From Candidatus Methylomirabilia bacterium (GTDB lineage: Bacteria; Methylomirabilota; Methylomirabilia; Rokubacteriales; CSP1-6): a stretch of 62,096 nt of DNA. The position numbers and the translations under genes were made by a program. A model generated the notes under the pieces. That model made no database searches. It was not told the DNA's origin and saw only the letters and a program-made list of their open reading frames with translations. Positions 10,490 to 20,255 of this stretch are shown here, one piece after another (position 1 is the first letter of the stretch; the number at the start of each line of letters is the position of its first letter). The DNA lies in the NCBI GenBank assembly GCA_041497895.1, contig JBGQHJ010000008.1, positions 1 to 62,096 on the forward strand. Reading direction: 5' to 3'.

Positions 10490-11437
10490 CTACTTCATCG
10501 CGTAGGGGTTGATCGGCGTGCCGACCGCGCGCGCGACCGGTAGCGGTGGCGCGACGAGCAGGAACGCGTAGCGGCCGTCGGCCGCGCAGTCGGCGGCCAG
10601 CTCCTCCAGGAAGAAGATCTCCCCGAGGGTGAGGCCCATGTTCGGGATCGCCACCACGTGGAACGGGTTGCGGAAGCCCGGGATCTCCGACGGGCGCACC
10701 TCCACCGCGTAGTTGTCGCAGCCGATCGCGGCGATCTGCCGCGCGTGCAGCCACGGGGCGGTGTGCACGGAGACGCCGGGGAACGGATCGAGGTCGTAGT
10801 GGCGCCAGTCGTTGCGGTCGAGGTAGCGCGACATGTGGCCGGTGCGCACGAGCAGGATGTCGCCGGGCAGCACCTCGACGCGCTCGGCGACCGCGGTGGC
10901 CTCGAGGTCGGCCACCGTGATGGCGTAGCCGGGCTCGAGCGCCTTGACGCCCTTGTGGCGGGCCACGTCCAGCAGCACGCCGCGCCCGGCGAGCTTGCTC
11001 GTGGTCTTGTCGATGCTGTTCTTCGCCGCGCCGTTGCTGGTGACCAGCCTGGCGTCGTAGCCGTTGTACATCTTCCCCTCGTAGAAGATGTGGGCGAGGC
11101 TGTCCCACTGGGTCACGCACTGCAGCGGCATCACGATCCAGTCGTCGGAGCCGCCGTAGCCCTCCATCGCCGCCACCTCGGCCGGCGTCCGGGGCGCGTC
11201 GCCGCCGTCGCGGAACATGGTGTGGATCGGGTTGAAGCGCGCGCGGGTGCCGCTCTGGGGGCCGGTGCGGTCGAGCGGGATGCCGAGGGCGAAGACCTTG
11301 CCGGTGGTGGCGAGCCGGCAGGCCGCCGCCACGCGCTCCGGCGTGATGTAGTTGAGCGTGCCGAGCTCGTCCTCGGAGCCCCACCGGCCCCAGTTGCGCA
11401 CCTGGAGCGCGATCTTTCGGAGCGCTTCCTCGCTCAT
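10490..11437 (-). CDS. Cyclase/kynurenine formamidase-family metal-dependent hydrolase
   Basis: NWGRWG.EDELGTLN, QCVTQWDSLAH, GDILLVRTG, GTPINP. Confidence 0.9.
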   Translation of the reverse strand: MSEEALRKIALQVRNWGRWGSEDELGTLNYITPERVAAACRLATTGKVFALGIPLDRTGPQSGTRARFNPIHTMFRDGGDAPRTPAEVAAMEGYGGSDDWIVMPLQCVTQWDSLAHIFYEGKMYNGYDARLVTSNGAAKNSIDKTTSKLAGRGVLLDVARHKGVKALEPGYAITVADLEATAVAERVEVLPGDILLVRTGHMSRYLDRNDWRHYDLDPFPGVSVHTAPWLHARQIAAIGCDNYAVEVRPSEIPGFRNPFHVVAIPNMGLTLGEIFFLEELAADCAADGRYAFLLVAPPLPVARAVGTPINPYAMK

Positions 11438-12495
11438 GGGGTTGGGCGCTCCTTCAGGGCCGGGATCACCTCGCGGGTGAGGATGTCGAGGCTCCGCGCC
11501 TCGAGCGCGGGGGGGATGCGGCCGCCCGGGTTCAGCTCCGCGACCACGCCGTCGATCCCGAGCTCGGCGCGCAGCTCGCTGAGGCGGTCGACCACGCCGC
11601 GGGCGGTCCCGAACGCGACCTTCCGCGCGAGGATGTCGTCGTAGGAGAGCGCGGCCATCCGCTCGGCCTGCATCCGCCTCCGGTCGGCCGGGCCGGCGCC
11701 CGCACGCCCGACCGCCTGGCGGGCCAGGTCGGTCTGCCGGGCGAAGAAGGACGTGAGGCTCTCGCGCGGCTCCTCGCGGGCGCCGGCTGCGGTGGGGGAG
11801 GCGTAGACCGGGATCCGCAGGTAGACGCTCGGGCGGCCCGGGTGCCCCGCCCCGCGCCAGGCCTCGCGGTACGGCCCGAGCTGGGCCTGCAGGTCCGCGA
11901 TCTCGGTCGAGCGCAGGCCGACGAAGATGGGCAGGCCCATCCGGCCGGCGGCCGGGAACGTCTCGTCGCTCGTGGCGGCCATGCGGAGCGGCGGATGCGG
12001 CACCTGGTAGGGCCGCGGCGCCACCGTGGCGTTGTCGACGCGGTAGAACTCGCCCCGATGGCTGAACGGTAGGCCGGTCCAGGCCCGGCGGAGGATGTCG
12101 AGGGCCTCGCGGAAGCGGGCCTGGCTCTCCGCGTACGGGACGCCGTAGGTGTCGTAGGTGCGCACCACGCCGCTGCGCCCGATGCCGAACTCGAAGCGCC
12201 CCTCGCTGATGTGGTCGACCGTCGCCACCTCCTCGGCGATGCGGAGGGGATGGTTCAGCGGGAGGACCTGCACCGCGGTGCCGATCCGGACCCGCCGGGT
12301 GCGGGCCGCCACCGCGCTCGCGACCTGGAGCGAGGCGGAGATGATCGAGCGCGTGGGGGTGAAGTGGATCTCGCCGAGCCAGACGCAGTCGACGCCGCCG
12401 GCTTCCGCGCGCTCGGCCGTCTCGAAGATGTCACGGAACGCGGTGGCCTGATCCGCCCCGTGGCGCAGCTCCTCGACGAAGACCCCGAAGTGCAT
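11434..12495 (-). CDS. Luciferase-like (LLM) flavin-dependent oxidoreductase
   Basis: VWLGEIHF, HPLRIAEEVATVDHISEGRFEFGIGR. Start ATG 12495 (MHFGVF). Confidence 0.92.
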   Translation of the reverse strand: MHFGVFVEELRHGADQATAFRDIFETAERAEAGGVDCVWLGEIHFTPTRSIISASLQVASAVAARTRRVRIGTAVQVLPLNHPLRIAEEVATVDHISEGRFEFGIGRSGVVRTYDTYGVPYAESQARFREALDILRRAWTGLPFSHRGEFYRVDNATVAPRPYQVPHPPLRMAATSDETFPAAGRMGLPIFVGLRSTEIADLQAQLGPYREAWRGAGHPGRPSVYLRIPVYASPTAAGAREEPRESLTSFFARQTDLARQAVGRAGAGPADRRRMQAERMAALSYDDILARKVAFGTARGVVDRLSELRAELGIDGVVAELNPGGRIPPALEARSLDILTREVIPALKERPTP

Positions 12496-12638
12496 GTATG
12501 GCGAGGATACTGGACCGCGCCGCGTGGCGGAGTCAAGGGCGGGGGAGAGCCCTCGTCTCGATGATCGGATTGATGATTGGACGGGGGGACGGTACCATCG
12601 GCGGCCATGCCACCTGGGTCCAAACCGAAGGAGGAGCC

Positions 12639-13496
12639 ATGATCGCTGCCCGCGCACGCCTGGCCACGCTGTCCCTGCTGCTCACCTTCGCGGCCCCCGC
12701 GCTCGCCCAGAACCCGGGCGCGGGCGCCTACCAGCCCGGCCAGAGCTGGCAGCGGGTGCAGTTCCCCGACGGCAGCGGGAGCATCGCCCTGCCGCCCGGC
12801 TGGCGCCTGAACAGCGCGCGCCAGGCCGCCGCCGAGATGCAGGGGCCGCGCGGCGAGGCGGTCGCGGTGGGGATCACGATGCCGGTGGGGCCGGGCCAGT
12901 TCTCGCAGCCCGGCGTCCTGGCGGGGCCGTACCTGCTCCCGCCCGACGCGTTCGCGTGGGTGTCGGAGGTGGTCGCGCGCCGCGGCGGCTACTCGGCGCA
13001 GACGCGCATCGTGGAGGTGGCGCCCACCGCGCCGCTGACCCAGAACGGCCGCACCGCGTACCTCCTGGCGGACCAGATGAACCAGGGGCGGCGCTACCGG
13101 TCCTTTGCGCTGGTGAACAGCGCGGCCCTCGGCAACGGCTTCTGGCAGTACTACATGACCCTGCTGACCGCGCCGGTCGAGATCTTCCCGCAGGCGCTGC
13201 CCCGGATGACCGAGGTCTGGCAGTCGTGGTCCATCAGCCAGGGCGAGATGAATCGTCGCACCGCGCAGGCGATGCTGACGATGCAGGAGACCAGCCGCAT
13301 CATGCAGTCGACCGCCGAGGGCCGCCGCACCACCGAGTGGCACCAGCGGCTGACCGGCATGACGCTCCAGGGCCGCTGGGTGGTCGAGGACACCACCACC
13401 GGCCAGCGCCAGGAGCTCTCGTCGCAGGAGATGAACAGCCTCTTCGAGCGCTTTCCCGGCCGCTACCGGGTGCTGTCCTCGTCCGAGCTCCGGTGA
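12639..13496 (+). CDS. Exported hypothetical protein
   Basis: Strong SD GAAGGAGGAG, signal peptide ending in ALA-Q, coding-like codon use. Confidence 0.8.
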   Translation: MIAARARLATLSLLLTFAAPALAQNPGAGAYQPGQSWQRVQFPDGSGSIALPPGWRLNSARQAAAEMQGPRGEAVAVGITMPVGPGQFSQPGVLAGPYLLPPDAFAWVSEVVARRGGYSAQTRIVEVAPTAPLTQNGRTAYLLADQMNQGRRYRSFALVNSAALGNGFWQYYMTLLTAPVEIFPQALPRMTEVWQSWSISQGEMNRRTAQAMLTMQETSRIMQSTAEGRRTTEWHQRLTGMTLQGRWVVEDTTTGQRQELSSQEMNSLFERFPGRYRVLSSSELR

Positions 13497-13512
13497 CCCC
13501 GGGGGCGGGGGC

Positions 13513-13938
13513 CTAGCCGCCCGCCCCCGGGGTGTGCTCGAAGGGCAGCTTGGCGTAGCGCGCCTTCTCGACCTCGAGCACGAGCGCCACCCGTCCCTCC
13601 GGGCTGCGGAACGGGAAGGGCTTGCCGGTGTACTTGCGCGAGATCGGGTCCATGATCTCGAGGGCGGGATCGGGCCTCCGCTCCACGACGCGGGCGCGCA
13701 TCTGCACCTCCCGGTACGGATCGCGGAAGTCCACGATCGAGAGCGCCACCCGCGGATCCCGGCGGGTGTTCCGGGCCTTGAGCGACCCCTCGCCGGTGCA
13801 GACCAGGATGCGGTCGCCCTCGCGCCCCACCCAGACCGGCACGCTCTGGGGCGAGCCGTCGGCCATCAGGGTCGCGAGATGGGCGAAGTTGGGGCCGTCG
13901 ATGAGCTGCTTGATGTCCTGGGACAGGGTCGTCGACAT
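13513..13938 (-). CDS. PPOX-class (split beta-barrel) probable F420-dependent oxidoreductase
   Basis: AHLATLMADGSPQSVPVW, KARNTRRDPRVALS. Confidence 0.88.
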   Translation of the reverse strand: MSTTLSQDIKQLIDGPNFAHLATLMADGSPQSVPVWVGREGDRILVCTGEGSLKARNTRRDPRVALSIVDFRDPYREVQMRARVVERRPDPALEIMDPISRKYTGKPFPFRSPEGRVALVLEVEKARYAKLPFEHTPGAGG

Positions 13939-13978
13939 TCGTGTGGTCTCCTTTCACCGGTGGTAGCATACCCGGGCC

Positions 13979-15232
13979 ATGAGACGAGGGCGTCTGATCG
14001 GCCTGACCGCAGCGGTCGCGCTGATCGCCCTCGCCTATGGCGGCCACGTCTGGTGGGAGAGCCGGAAGCACATCGCCACCGACGACGCCTACGTCGAGGG
14101 TAACATCGTGATCATCAGCGCCAAGGTCGCGGGCCACGTGGCGTCGATCCACGTCGACGACAACCGCGCGGTCAAGGCCGGCGACCTCCTGCTCCGGATC
14201 GATCCCCGCGACTACGCGGCCAAGCGCGACCAGGCCCGGGCCGCGGTGGCGGTCGCGGCGGCCAGCCAGCAGGCCACTCGCTCCGAGACCCAGCTCACCC
14301 GCGAGACGACCGCGGCCCAGGTCGAGGAGGCGCGCGCCGCGCTCGAGTCCGCCCGGGTGGCCGAGCAGGCGGCCCAGTCGGCGGTGGTCGAGACGCGGGC
14401 CACGCTCGAGGCCAAGCACGCGGCCACCGCGGCCATGACCGCGGAGGTCACCGGCTGGCAGTCCACCCAGCGCCAGACCGCGCGGGAGAAGGAGCGGATG
14501 CGCCGGCTGCTCGAGGGCGGTTTCGTCTCCCAGCGCGATTTCGACCAGGCCGAGATGGCGGCCGCCACCGCGACCGCCACCCTCGAGGCCACGCAGAAGC
14601 GGCTGAATCAGGCCGAGAAGGAGGCGCAGCAGGCCGACGCCGCGCTGACCAGCCGGATCCTCGCGGTGAGCCAGGCCAAGCAGCGCATCAACGAGGCGCG
14701 GGCCGCGCTCGGGCGGGTGGAGAGCCAGCGACGCCAGGTCACCGTGAAGGAGGCCGAGATCGAGCGCGCGGTCGCCGCGCTCAGCCAGGCGCAGGCCGAC
14801 CTCGCGTTCGCGGAGCTGCAGCTCTCGCACGCCGAGGTGCGGGCCCCCGGCGACGGGGTGGTGTCGAAGAAGAGCGTGGAGGTGGGGCAGGTGGTGCAGA
14901 TGGGCCAGCCCCTGCTCGCGCTCGTGCCCCTGCAGGACGTGTGGGTGGTGGCCAACTTCAAGGAGACCCAGCTCTCCCGCGTGCGGCCCGGGATGCCGGC
15001 CACCGTCGAGATCGACACGTTCCCGGGCGAGGTCTTCCACGGCACCGTCGACTCGCTCAGCGCGGGGACCGGCTCGCGCTTCTCGCTGCTGCCGCCCGAG
15101 AACGCGACCGGGAACTGGGTCAAGGTGGTCCAGCGCGTGCCGGTGAAGATCCGCCTGGATCCCCGCGAGCTCGGCAATCCCCACACCCTGCGGGCCGGGA
15201 TGTCGGCGTACGTCGTCATCCACCTGAAGTAG
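13979..15232 (+). CDS. EmrA/HlyD-family membrane fusion protein
   Basis: TDDAYVEG, long coiled coil, WVVANFKETQL, FSLLPPENATGNWVKVVQRVPVKI. Confidence 0.95.
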   Translation: MRRGRLIGLTAAVALIALAYGGHVWWESRKHIATDDAYVEGNIVIISAKVAGHVASIHVDDNRAVKAGDLLLRIDPRDYAAKRDQARAAVAVAAASQQATRSETQLTRETTAAQVEEARAALESARVAEQAAQSAVVETRATLEAKHAATAAMTAEVTGWQSTQRQTAREKERMRRLLEGGFVSQRDFDQAEMAAATATATLEATQKRLNQAEKEAQQADAALTSRILAVSQAKQRINEARAALGRVESQRRQVTVKEAEIERAVAALSQAQADLAFAELQLSHAEVRAPGDGVVSKKSVEVGQVVQMGQPLLALVPLQDVWVVANFKETQLSRVRPGMPATVEIDTFPGEVFHGTVDSLSAGTGSRFSLLPPENATGNWVKVVQRVPVKIRLDPRELGNPHTLRAGMSAYVVIHLK

Positions 15233-15245
15233 CGGAGCGAGCGCC

Positions 15246-16859
15246 GTGGTGGCGACCCCCGACGCCGGCCCGGTCTCCTCCGCCCGCAAGTGGGCCATCA
15301 CGCTCTCGGTGATGGTGGTGGCCTTCATGCAGGTGCTCGACACCAGCGTGACCAACGTGGTGCTGCCGCACCTGCAGGGCTCGCTCTCCGCGGGCCTCGA
15401 GGAGGTGTCGTGGGTCATCACCTCCTACCTCGCGGCCAACGCGATCATCATTCCCGCCACCGGCTGGCTCGCCGGGGTGCTGGGGCGCAAGCGGTTCTTC
15501 CTGATCTGCTGCGTGCTGTTCACGGTGAGCTCGGTGCTGTCGGGGATGGCCCCGAACCTCACCTTCCTGATCCTCGCCCGCATCTTCCAGGGCATCGGGG
15601 GCGGGCCGATCATCCCGCTGTCGCAGGCCATCCTGTGGGAGATCTTCCCGCTCGGGCAGCGCGGGCTCGCGATGGCGGTGTGGGGCGTCGGGTTCATGAT
15701 GGGGCCGATCATCGGGCCCACCCTCGGCGGCTACATCGCGGACAACTGGTCCTGGCGCTGGATCTTCTACATCAACCTGCCGGTGGGCCTGCTCGGCTTC
15801 TTCATGGCGAGCGCGTTCCTGTTCGATCCGCCCTACCTGCGCAAGCCGGCGCGGGTGGACTGGCCCGGGCTCGTGCTCATGGTCCTGGGCTTCGGGTGCC
15901 TGCAGCTCTTCCTCGACCGCGGCGAGCGGGAGGACTGGTTCGACTCCACCCTGATCGTCGCCCTCGCGATCGTCGCGGGGGTCGCGCTGGTGGGCTTCGT
16001 GGCCCGCGAGCTGCTGGCCAAGGATCCGGTTCTCGACCTGGCCGTGTTCACCGACCGGAACTTCGCCTTCGGGGCCACCTTCATCTCCCTCATCGGGCTC
16101 GGCATGTTCTCGAGCATGGTGCTGCTCGCGCTCTACTCCCAGAAGCTGCTCGGCTACGACGCGCTGACCTCGGGGCTGGTGCTCGCTCCCGGGGGCGTCG
16201 GCAACATGTTCTCGCTCATCCTGTGCGGCCGGCTGGTGACGCGAGTGGACCAGCGCGTGCTCCTGACCTTCGGCTGCCTGGTCAACGCGCTGAGCCTCTA
16301 CATGATGTCGAACCTGACCCTCGGGATGGACTACTGGACGCTCACGTTCCCGCGCGTGATCCAGGGCTTCGCGCTCGGCTTCATCTTCGTGCCGCTCTCG
16401 ACGCTGACGCTCGCCACCATCCGGAGGGACAGGCTGGTCAACGCGACCTCGGCCTACAACGTGCTGCGCAACCTGGGGGGCAGCGTGGGCATCGCGCTCG
16501 CCACCACCCTGCTCGCCCAGCGGAGCCAGTTCCACCAGCAGAGCCTGGTGAGCCACGTCACGGTGTGGGACCCCGCGACCCAGGAGCGGCTCGCCCGCTG
16601 GGCGAGCCACTTCATGGCCCAGGGCAGCGACGCCTTCACCGCCCAGCGCCAGGCGGTGGCCATGCTCTACCAGGACGCGGTGGGACAGGCCCAGGTGCTG
16701 GCCTACGCGGACGACTTCTGGCTCCTCGCCATCCTCTTCTCGATCGTCCCGCTGTTCCTGCCCCTGATGCGCCGCGTCCGGACGGAGCCCGCGCCGTCGC
16801 ACGCGGAGGCCGGCGACGAGGACGGGCGGGTGGCGCCGCTGCCCGCCCCGGTCGACTAG
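15246..16859 (+). CDS. EmrB/QacA (DHA2) MFS efflux pump
   Basis: FMQVLDTSVTNV, WVITSYL, WRWIFYINLPVG, RNLGGSVGIA. Confidence 0.95.
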   Translation: MVATPDAGPVSSARKWAITLSVMVVAFMQVLDTSVTNVVLPHLQGSLSAGLEEVSWVITSYLAANAIIIPATGWLAGVLGRKRFFLICCVLFTVSSVLSGMAPNLTFLILARIFQGIGGGPIIPLSQAILWEIFPLGQRGLAMAVWGVGFMMGPIIGPTLGGYIADNWSWRWIFYINLPVGLLGFFMASAFLFDPPYLRKPARVDWPGLVLMVLGFGCLQLFLDRGEREDWFDSTLIVALAIVAGVALVGFVARELLAKDPVLDLAVFTDRNFAFGATFISLIGLGMFSSMVLLALYSQKLLGYDALTSGLVLAPGGVGNMFSLILCGRLVTRVDQRVLLTFGCLVNALSLYMMSNLTLGMDYWTLTFPRVIQGFALGFIFVPLSTLTLATIRRDRLVNATSAYNVLRNLGGSVGIALATTLLAQRSQFHQQSLVSHVTVWDPATQERLARWASHFMAQGSDAFTAQRQAVAMLYQDAVGQAQVLAYADDFWLLAILFSIVPLFLPLMRRVRTEPAPSHAEAGDEDGRVAPLPAPVD

Positions 16860-16861
16860 AG

Positions 16862-17227
16862 CTAGTCGCCGCTCCGCACCGCGTAGCCCCGCGGGGTCAT
16901 GCAGCGGGCGAACTGCAGGCGGCCGGAGTAGCCCATGCCCGCCTGATCGTTGCAGGCCTTGAGATCGGTGGCCACGACGTCCGCGGCGGGCCGGGGCTGG
17001 GCCCGGGCGGTGACGTCGACGCCGCCGCCGTTGGTGCTGTAGCTCACGGTGTAGCCCCGGCTGATCAGGCAGGCGTCCTTCATGCGGCCGGAGTGCTCGA
17101 ACGTGCGCGCGTATTCCTTGCACTCCGCCCGGTCCTTGGATTCGGGCGCCTCCGCGGTCGAGGTGGCGGAGGCGCAGCCGGCCAGGAGGATCAGGGCCCC
17201 GAGCGTGGCGAGAGCGGATCGCGTCAT
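16862..17227 (-). CDS. Small lipoprotein with two Cys-pair repeats
   Basis: Lipobox LAGC; ECKEYA...ACLISRGY and ACNDQA...RCMTPRGY. Confidence 0.8.
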   Translation of the reverse strand: MTRSALATLGALILLAGCASATSTAEAPESKDRAECKEYARTFEHSGRMKDACLISRGYTVSYSTNGGGVDVTARAQPRPAADVVATDLKACNDQAGMGYSGRLQFARCMTPRGYAVRSGD

Positions 17228-17272
17228 GTCGTGTCCCTCCTTGGCATATCATAGGGGTTCGGAGGCCAATCC

Positions 17273-17449
17273 ATGAAGAACGTCGAGATGACCATCGCGG
17301 GCAACGTCCTCACGATCACCGTCGACCTGACCAAGGAGTTCGGGCCTTCCGCCTCCGGCAAGACCATCATCGTGGCCTCGACCGAGGGCAACGTGACGGT
17401 GCCGGACCGCGAGGAGAAGATCGGCCTCAACGTGTATAGGAAGAAGTAA
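17273..17449 (+). CDS. Small protein, 58 aa (below the ORF-track cutoff)
   Basis: SD GGAGG, ATG 17273, TAA 17447-9: MKNVEMTIAGNVLTITVDLTKEFGPSASGKTIIVASTEGNVTVPDREEKIGLNVYRKK. Strong GC3 codon bias. Confidence 0.88.
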   Translation: MKNVEMTIAGNVLTITVDLTKEFGPSASGKTIIVASTEGNVTVPDREEKIGLNVYRKK

Positions 17450-17456
17450 CGGGCCC

Positions 17457-18515
17457 ATGAGACCGGAGCCCGAGCATCCGCTGGCCGCGCCCGCGCCCGG
17501 CCTCGTCCATCCCTGGCCCGAGCCCCCCGAGGGCGGCGCGAGCATCGTGGTCGCCCCCGGCATCCGCTGGATCCGGATGCCGCTGCCGTTCCAGCTCAAC
17601 CACATCAACCTGTGGCTGCTCGACGACGGCGACGGGATCACGGTCGTGGACACCGGGGTCGGGCTGCCGCCGACGCGGGCGCTGTGGGAGGGGCTCTTCG
17701 CGGGCGAGCTCGCCGGCACGCCGATCGTGCGGGTGCTGGTCACCCACTTCCACCCGGATCACATCGGCAACGCCGACTGGCTCGCCCAGCGCTTCGGCGT
17801 CGAGCTGTGGTGCCCGCAGGCCGAGTGGCTCATGGCCCAGCTCGCCTGGCAGGGGATGGGCGGCAACGACTCCGAGAAGCGGCTCAACCACTACCGGCGT
17901 CACGGGGTGCCGGAGGCGTCGGTGGAAGCCTTCCGCGGGCGGGGGAACCACTTCCGCCAGCTCGTGCCGTCGGTCGCGCCGGACTTCCGGGCGGTGCGCG
18001 AGGGCGACGTGGTCACCATCGGGGGGCGGGCGTGGCACGCCTTCACCGTGATGGGGCACGCGCCGGAGCACGCCTGTCTCTTCTCGCCCGAGGCCAACGT
18101 GCTGATCTCGGGGGACCAGGTGCTGCCCAAGATCACCACCAACGTGAGCGTGTGGCCGGATCAGCCGAACGGCAACCCGCTCAAGCTCTACCTCGACTCG
18201 CTCGGCCGCTTCCGCCCGCTTCCGGAGTCGACCCTGGTGCTGCCGTCCCACGGCCTGCCGTTCCGGGGCCTGCACCGGCGGCTCGACTACCTCCAGCACC
18301 ACCACGACGAGCGGCTCAGCGAGACCATCGACGCGCTCGCCGAGCCGCGCACCGCGAACGACCTGGTGCCGGTGCTCTTCCGGCGGCAGCTCGACGCCCA
18401 CCAGCTCGGCTTCGCCATCGGCGAGACGGTGGCGCACCTGCACTTCCTCGAGGCGCGGGGCCAGGCGAGCCGTCTCGTCGGCGACGACGGGGTCCACCGC
18501 TTCCGGAAAGCCTGA
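17457..18515 (+). CDS. Metallo-beta-lactamase-fold hydrolase
   Basis: LNHINLWLL, THFHPDHIG, GHAPEH, SGDQVLPKITTN, LPSHG. Confidence 0.93.
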   Translation: MRPEPEHPLAAPAPGLVHPWPEPPEGGASIVVAPGIRWIRMPLPFQLNHINLWLLDDGDGITVVDTGVGLPPTRALWEGLFAGELAGTPIVRVLVTHFHPDHIGNADWLAQRFGVELWCPQAEWLMAQLAWQGMGGNDSEKRLNHYRRHGVPEASVEAFRGRGNHFRQLVPSVAPDFRAVREGDVVTIGGRAWHAFTVMGHAPEHACLFSPEANVLISGDQVLPKITTNVSVWPDQPNGNPLKLYLDSLGRFRPLPESTLVLPSHGLPFRGLHRRLDYLQHHHDERLSETIDALAEPRTANDLVPVLFRRQLDAHQLGFAIGETVAHLHFLEARGQASRLVGDDGVHRFRKA

Positions 18516-18528
18516 GCGGCGACGGGCC

Positions 18529-19104
18529 TCAGACTTCCGGGCCGGCGTCGAACCGCAGGCCCATCTTGGTCTTGAACACCTCGAGCGCGTGCGGGTCCAC
18601 CGCCTCGATCTGCTTCGCGATGGCGGGGGGCAGCCCGATATCGTTCCGGTCGTTGATGCCGCCGGTGATGACGGTGAGGAGCACGCTGTCCTTGGTGTCC
18701 ACGTTGCGGAAGCCGCGGTTGACCCCCGGCGGGCACGAGAAGGTGTCCCACCGGTTCAGCACGATCTTCTCGCCCCCGTCGTCGTTCAGCGAGAACTCGA
18801 GCGTGCCCTCCAGCACGATGAAGGTCTCGAAGGTCTTCACGTGCGCGTGCAGGCAGGGGCCCTGGCCGGGCGGCATGATCGAGATGAACATGGTGAGGCC
18901 GGCCGCGTTGTAGATCGGCGCGTCGTTGCCGAACGCGGACTGGGTCCGCTCCAGCACCACCGGCATGAGCTGGCGCGCGAGGATGATGTCCTTGGCCGCC
19001 TGCGAGACGGTGGTGTCGTTCTTCATGAACTCCATCGGCTGCAGCGCGGCGAAGCGCCCGGTGCGGCGCTCGATCTCCTCCCGGCTCATCTGGACGGTCT
19101 GCAT
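18529..19104 (-). CDS. Cupin-domain protein
   Basis: PGQGPCLHAH..TFETFIVLEG, PPGVNRGFRN. SD AAGGAGGAG before ATG 19104. Confidence 0.88.
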   Translation of the reverse strand: MQTVQMSREEIERRTGRFAALQPMEFMKNDTTVSQAAKDIILARQLMPVVLERTQSAFGNDAPIYNAAGLTMFISIMPPGQGPCLHAHVKTFETFIVLEGTLEFSLNDDGGEKIVLNRWDTFSCPPGVNRGFRNVDTKDSVLLTVITGGINDRNDIGLPPAIAKQIEAVDPHALEVFKTKMGLRFDAGPEV

Positions 19105-19220
19105 GGACTCCTCCTTGGCGCCCCGCGATCTTGGAGCACTGGACCATAGCATGGCCCGGGCCGGGAGCGGTACCCGCCTCGCGTTGACGCCCTCCGGGCC
19201 CTGTGGTACCTGAGGGGCCC

Positions 19221-20255
19221 ATGGCGATCACGGTCTACGGGGCGGGCGCGATCGGAGGCACCACCGGCGCGGCCCTCGCTCAGGCCGGCCACGACGTCCT
19301 CCTGGTCGACAGCGCCGCGCCGCACGTGGAGGCGATCAACGCCCACGGCATCACGATCGAGCGCCGGGACGGCGCGACCACCACCCGGGTGCCCGCGGTC
19401 ACGCCGGGTGGGCTGGGCCGCGACCTCGCGCTGGTCCTGCTCGCGGTCAAGAGCCACCACACCGCCGACGCCCTCCGCGACCTCGGGCCGCGGCTCGCCC
19501 CGGCCGGCACGATCGTCTCGCTGCAGAACGGGCTCAGCGAGGAGCAGATCGCGACGGCGGTCGGCGCGGCCCGCACGGTGGGCTGCCTGGTCAACTGGGC
19601 GGCGGACTGGGTCGCGCCCGGCCGGATCCTGCACGGCGGGCACGGGGCGTTCGTCCTGGGCGAGCTCGACGGGCGGATCACCCCGCGGGTGCGCGAGCTG
19701 GCCGCGCTGCTCAGCGTCGTCGAGGAGACGCCGGTCACCGACAACATCTGGGGCTACAAGTGGGCGAAGCTCATCTACGGCGCGCTGCTGTTCGCGACCG
19801 CGGTGGTGGATGCGCACGTCTACGAGGTGGTCGAGCGGAGCCCGGGGGTGAAGGACGCGCTGGTCGGCATCGTGGGCGAGGGAATCGCGGTCGCCGACAA
19901 GGCGGGAGTGCGCGTCCTGCCCTTCGACGAGTTCGACCCCGCGTGGTACCGCGCCGCCCTCGCGGGCGACGTGGCGGCCCGCGACCGCGCGATGGCCGCC
20001 ATCGCGGCCCACTACCGGCAGCACACCAAGACCAAGACCGGCATCTGGCGCGACCTCGCGGTGCGCCGACGCAAGACCGAGGTGGACGGTCAGCTCGGCG
20101 TGCTCGCCCGCAAGGGCGAGGCGCTCGGAGTGGCGATGCCGCTCACCCGGCGGCTCGCCGAGCTGATCCGTGATCTCGAGGACGGCCGGCGGCAGATGGA
20201 CTGGCGCAATCTCGACCCGCTGGTGACCCTCGCGGAAAAGGAGGCCCGCCCATGA
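19221..20255 (+). CDS. Ketopantoate reductase (PanE/ApbA) family oxidoreductase
   Basis: GAGAIG, LAVKS, SLQNG, KWAKL, RKTEVD. Confidence 0.88.
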   Translation: MAITVYGAGAIGGTTGAALAQAGHDVLLVDSAAPHVEAINAHGITIERRDGATTTRVPAVTPGGLGRDLALVLLAVKSHHTADALRDLGPRLAPAGTIVSLQNGLSEEQIATAVGAARTVGCLVNWAADWVAPGRILHGGHGAFVLGELDGRITPRVRELAALLSVVEETPVTDNIWGYKWAKLIYGALLFATAVVDAHVYEVVERSPGVKDALVGIVGEGIAVADKAGVRVLPFDEFDPAWYRAALAGDVAARDRAMAAIAAHYRQHTKTKTGIWRDLAVRRRKTEVDGQLGVLARKGEALGVAMPLTRRLAELIRDLEDGRRQMDWRNLDPLVTLAEKEARP

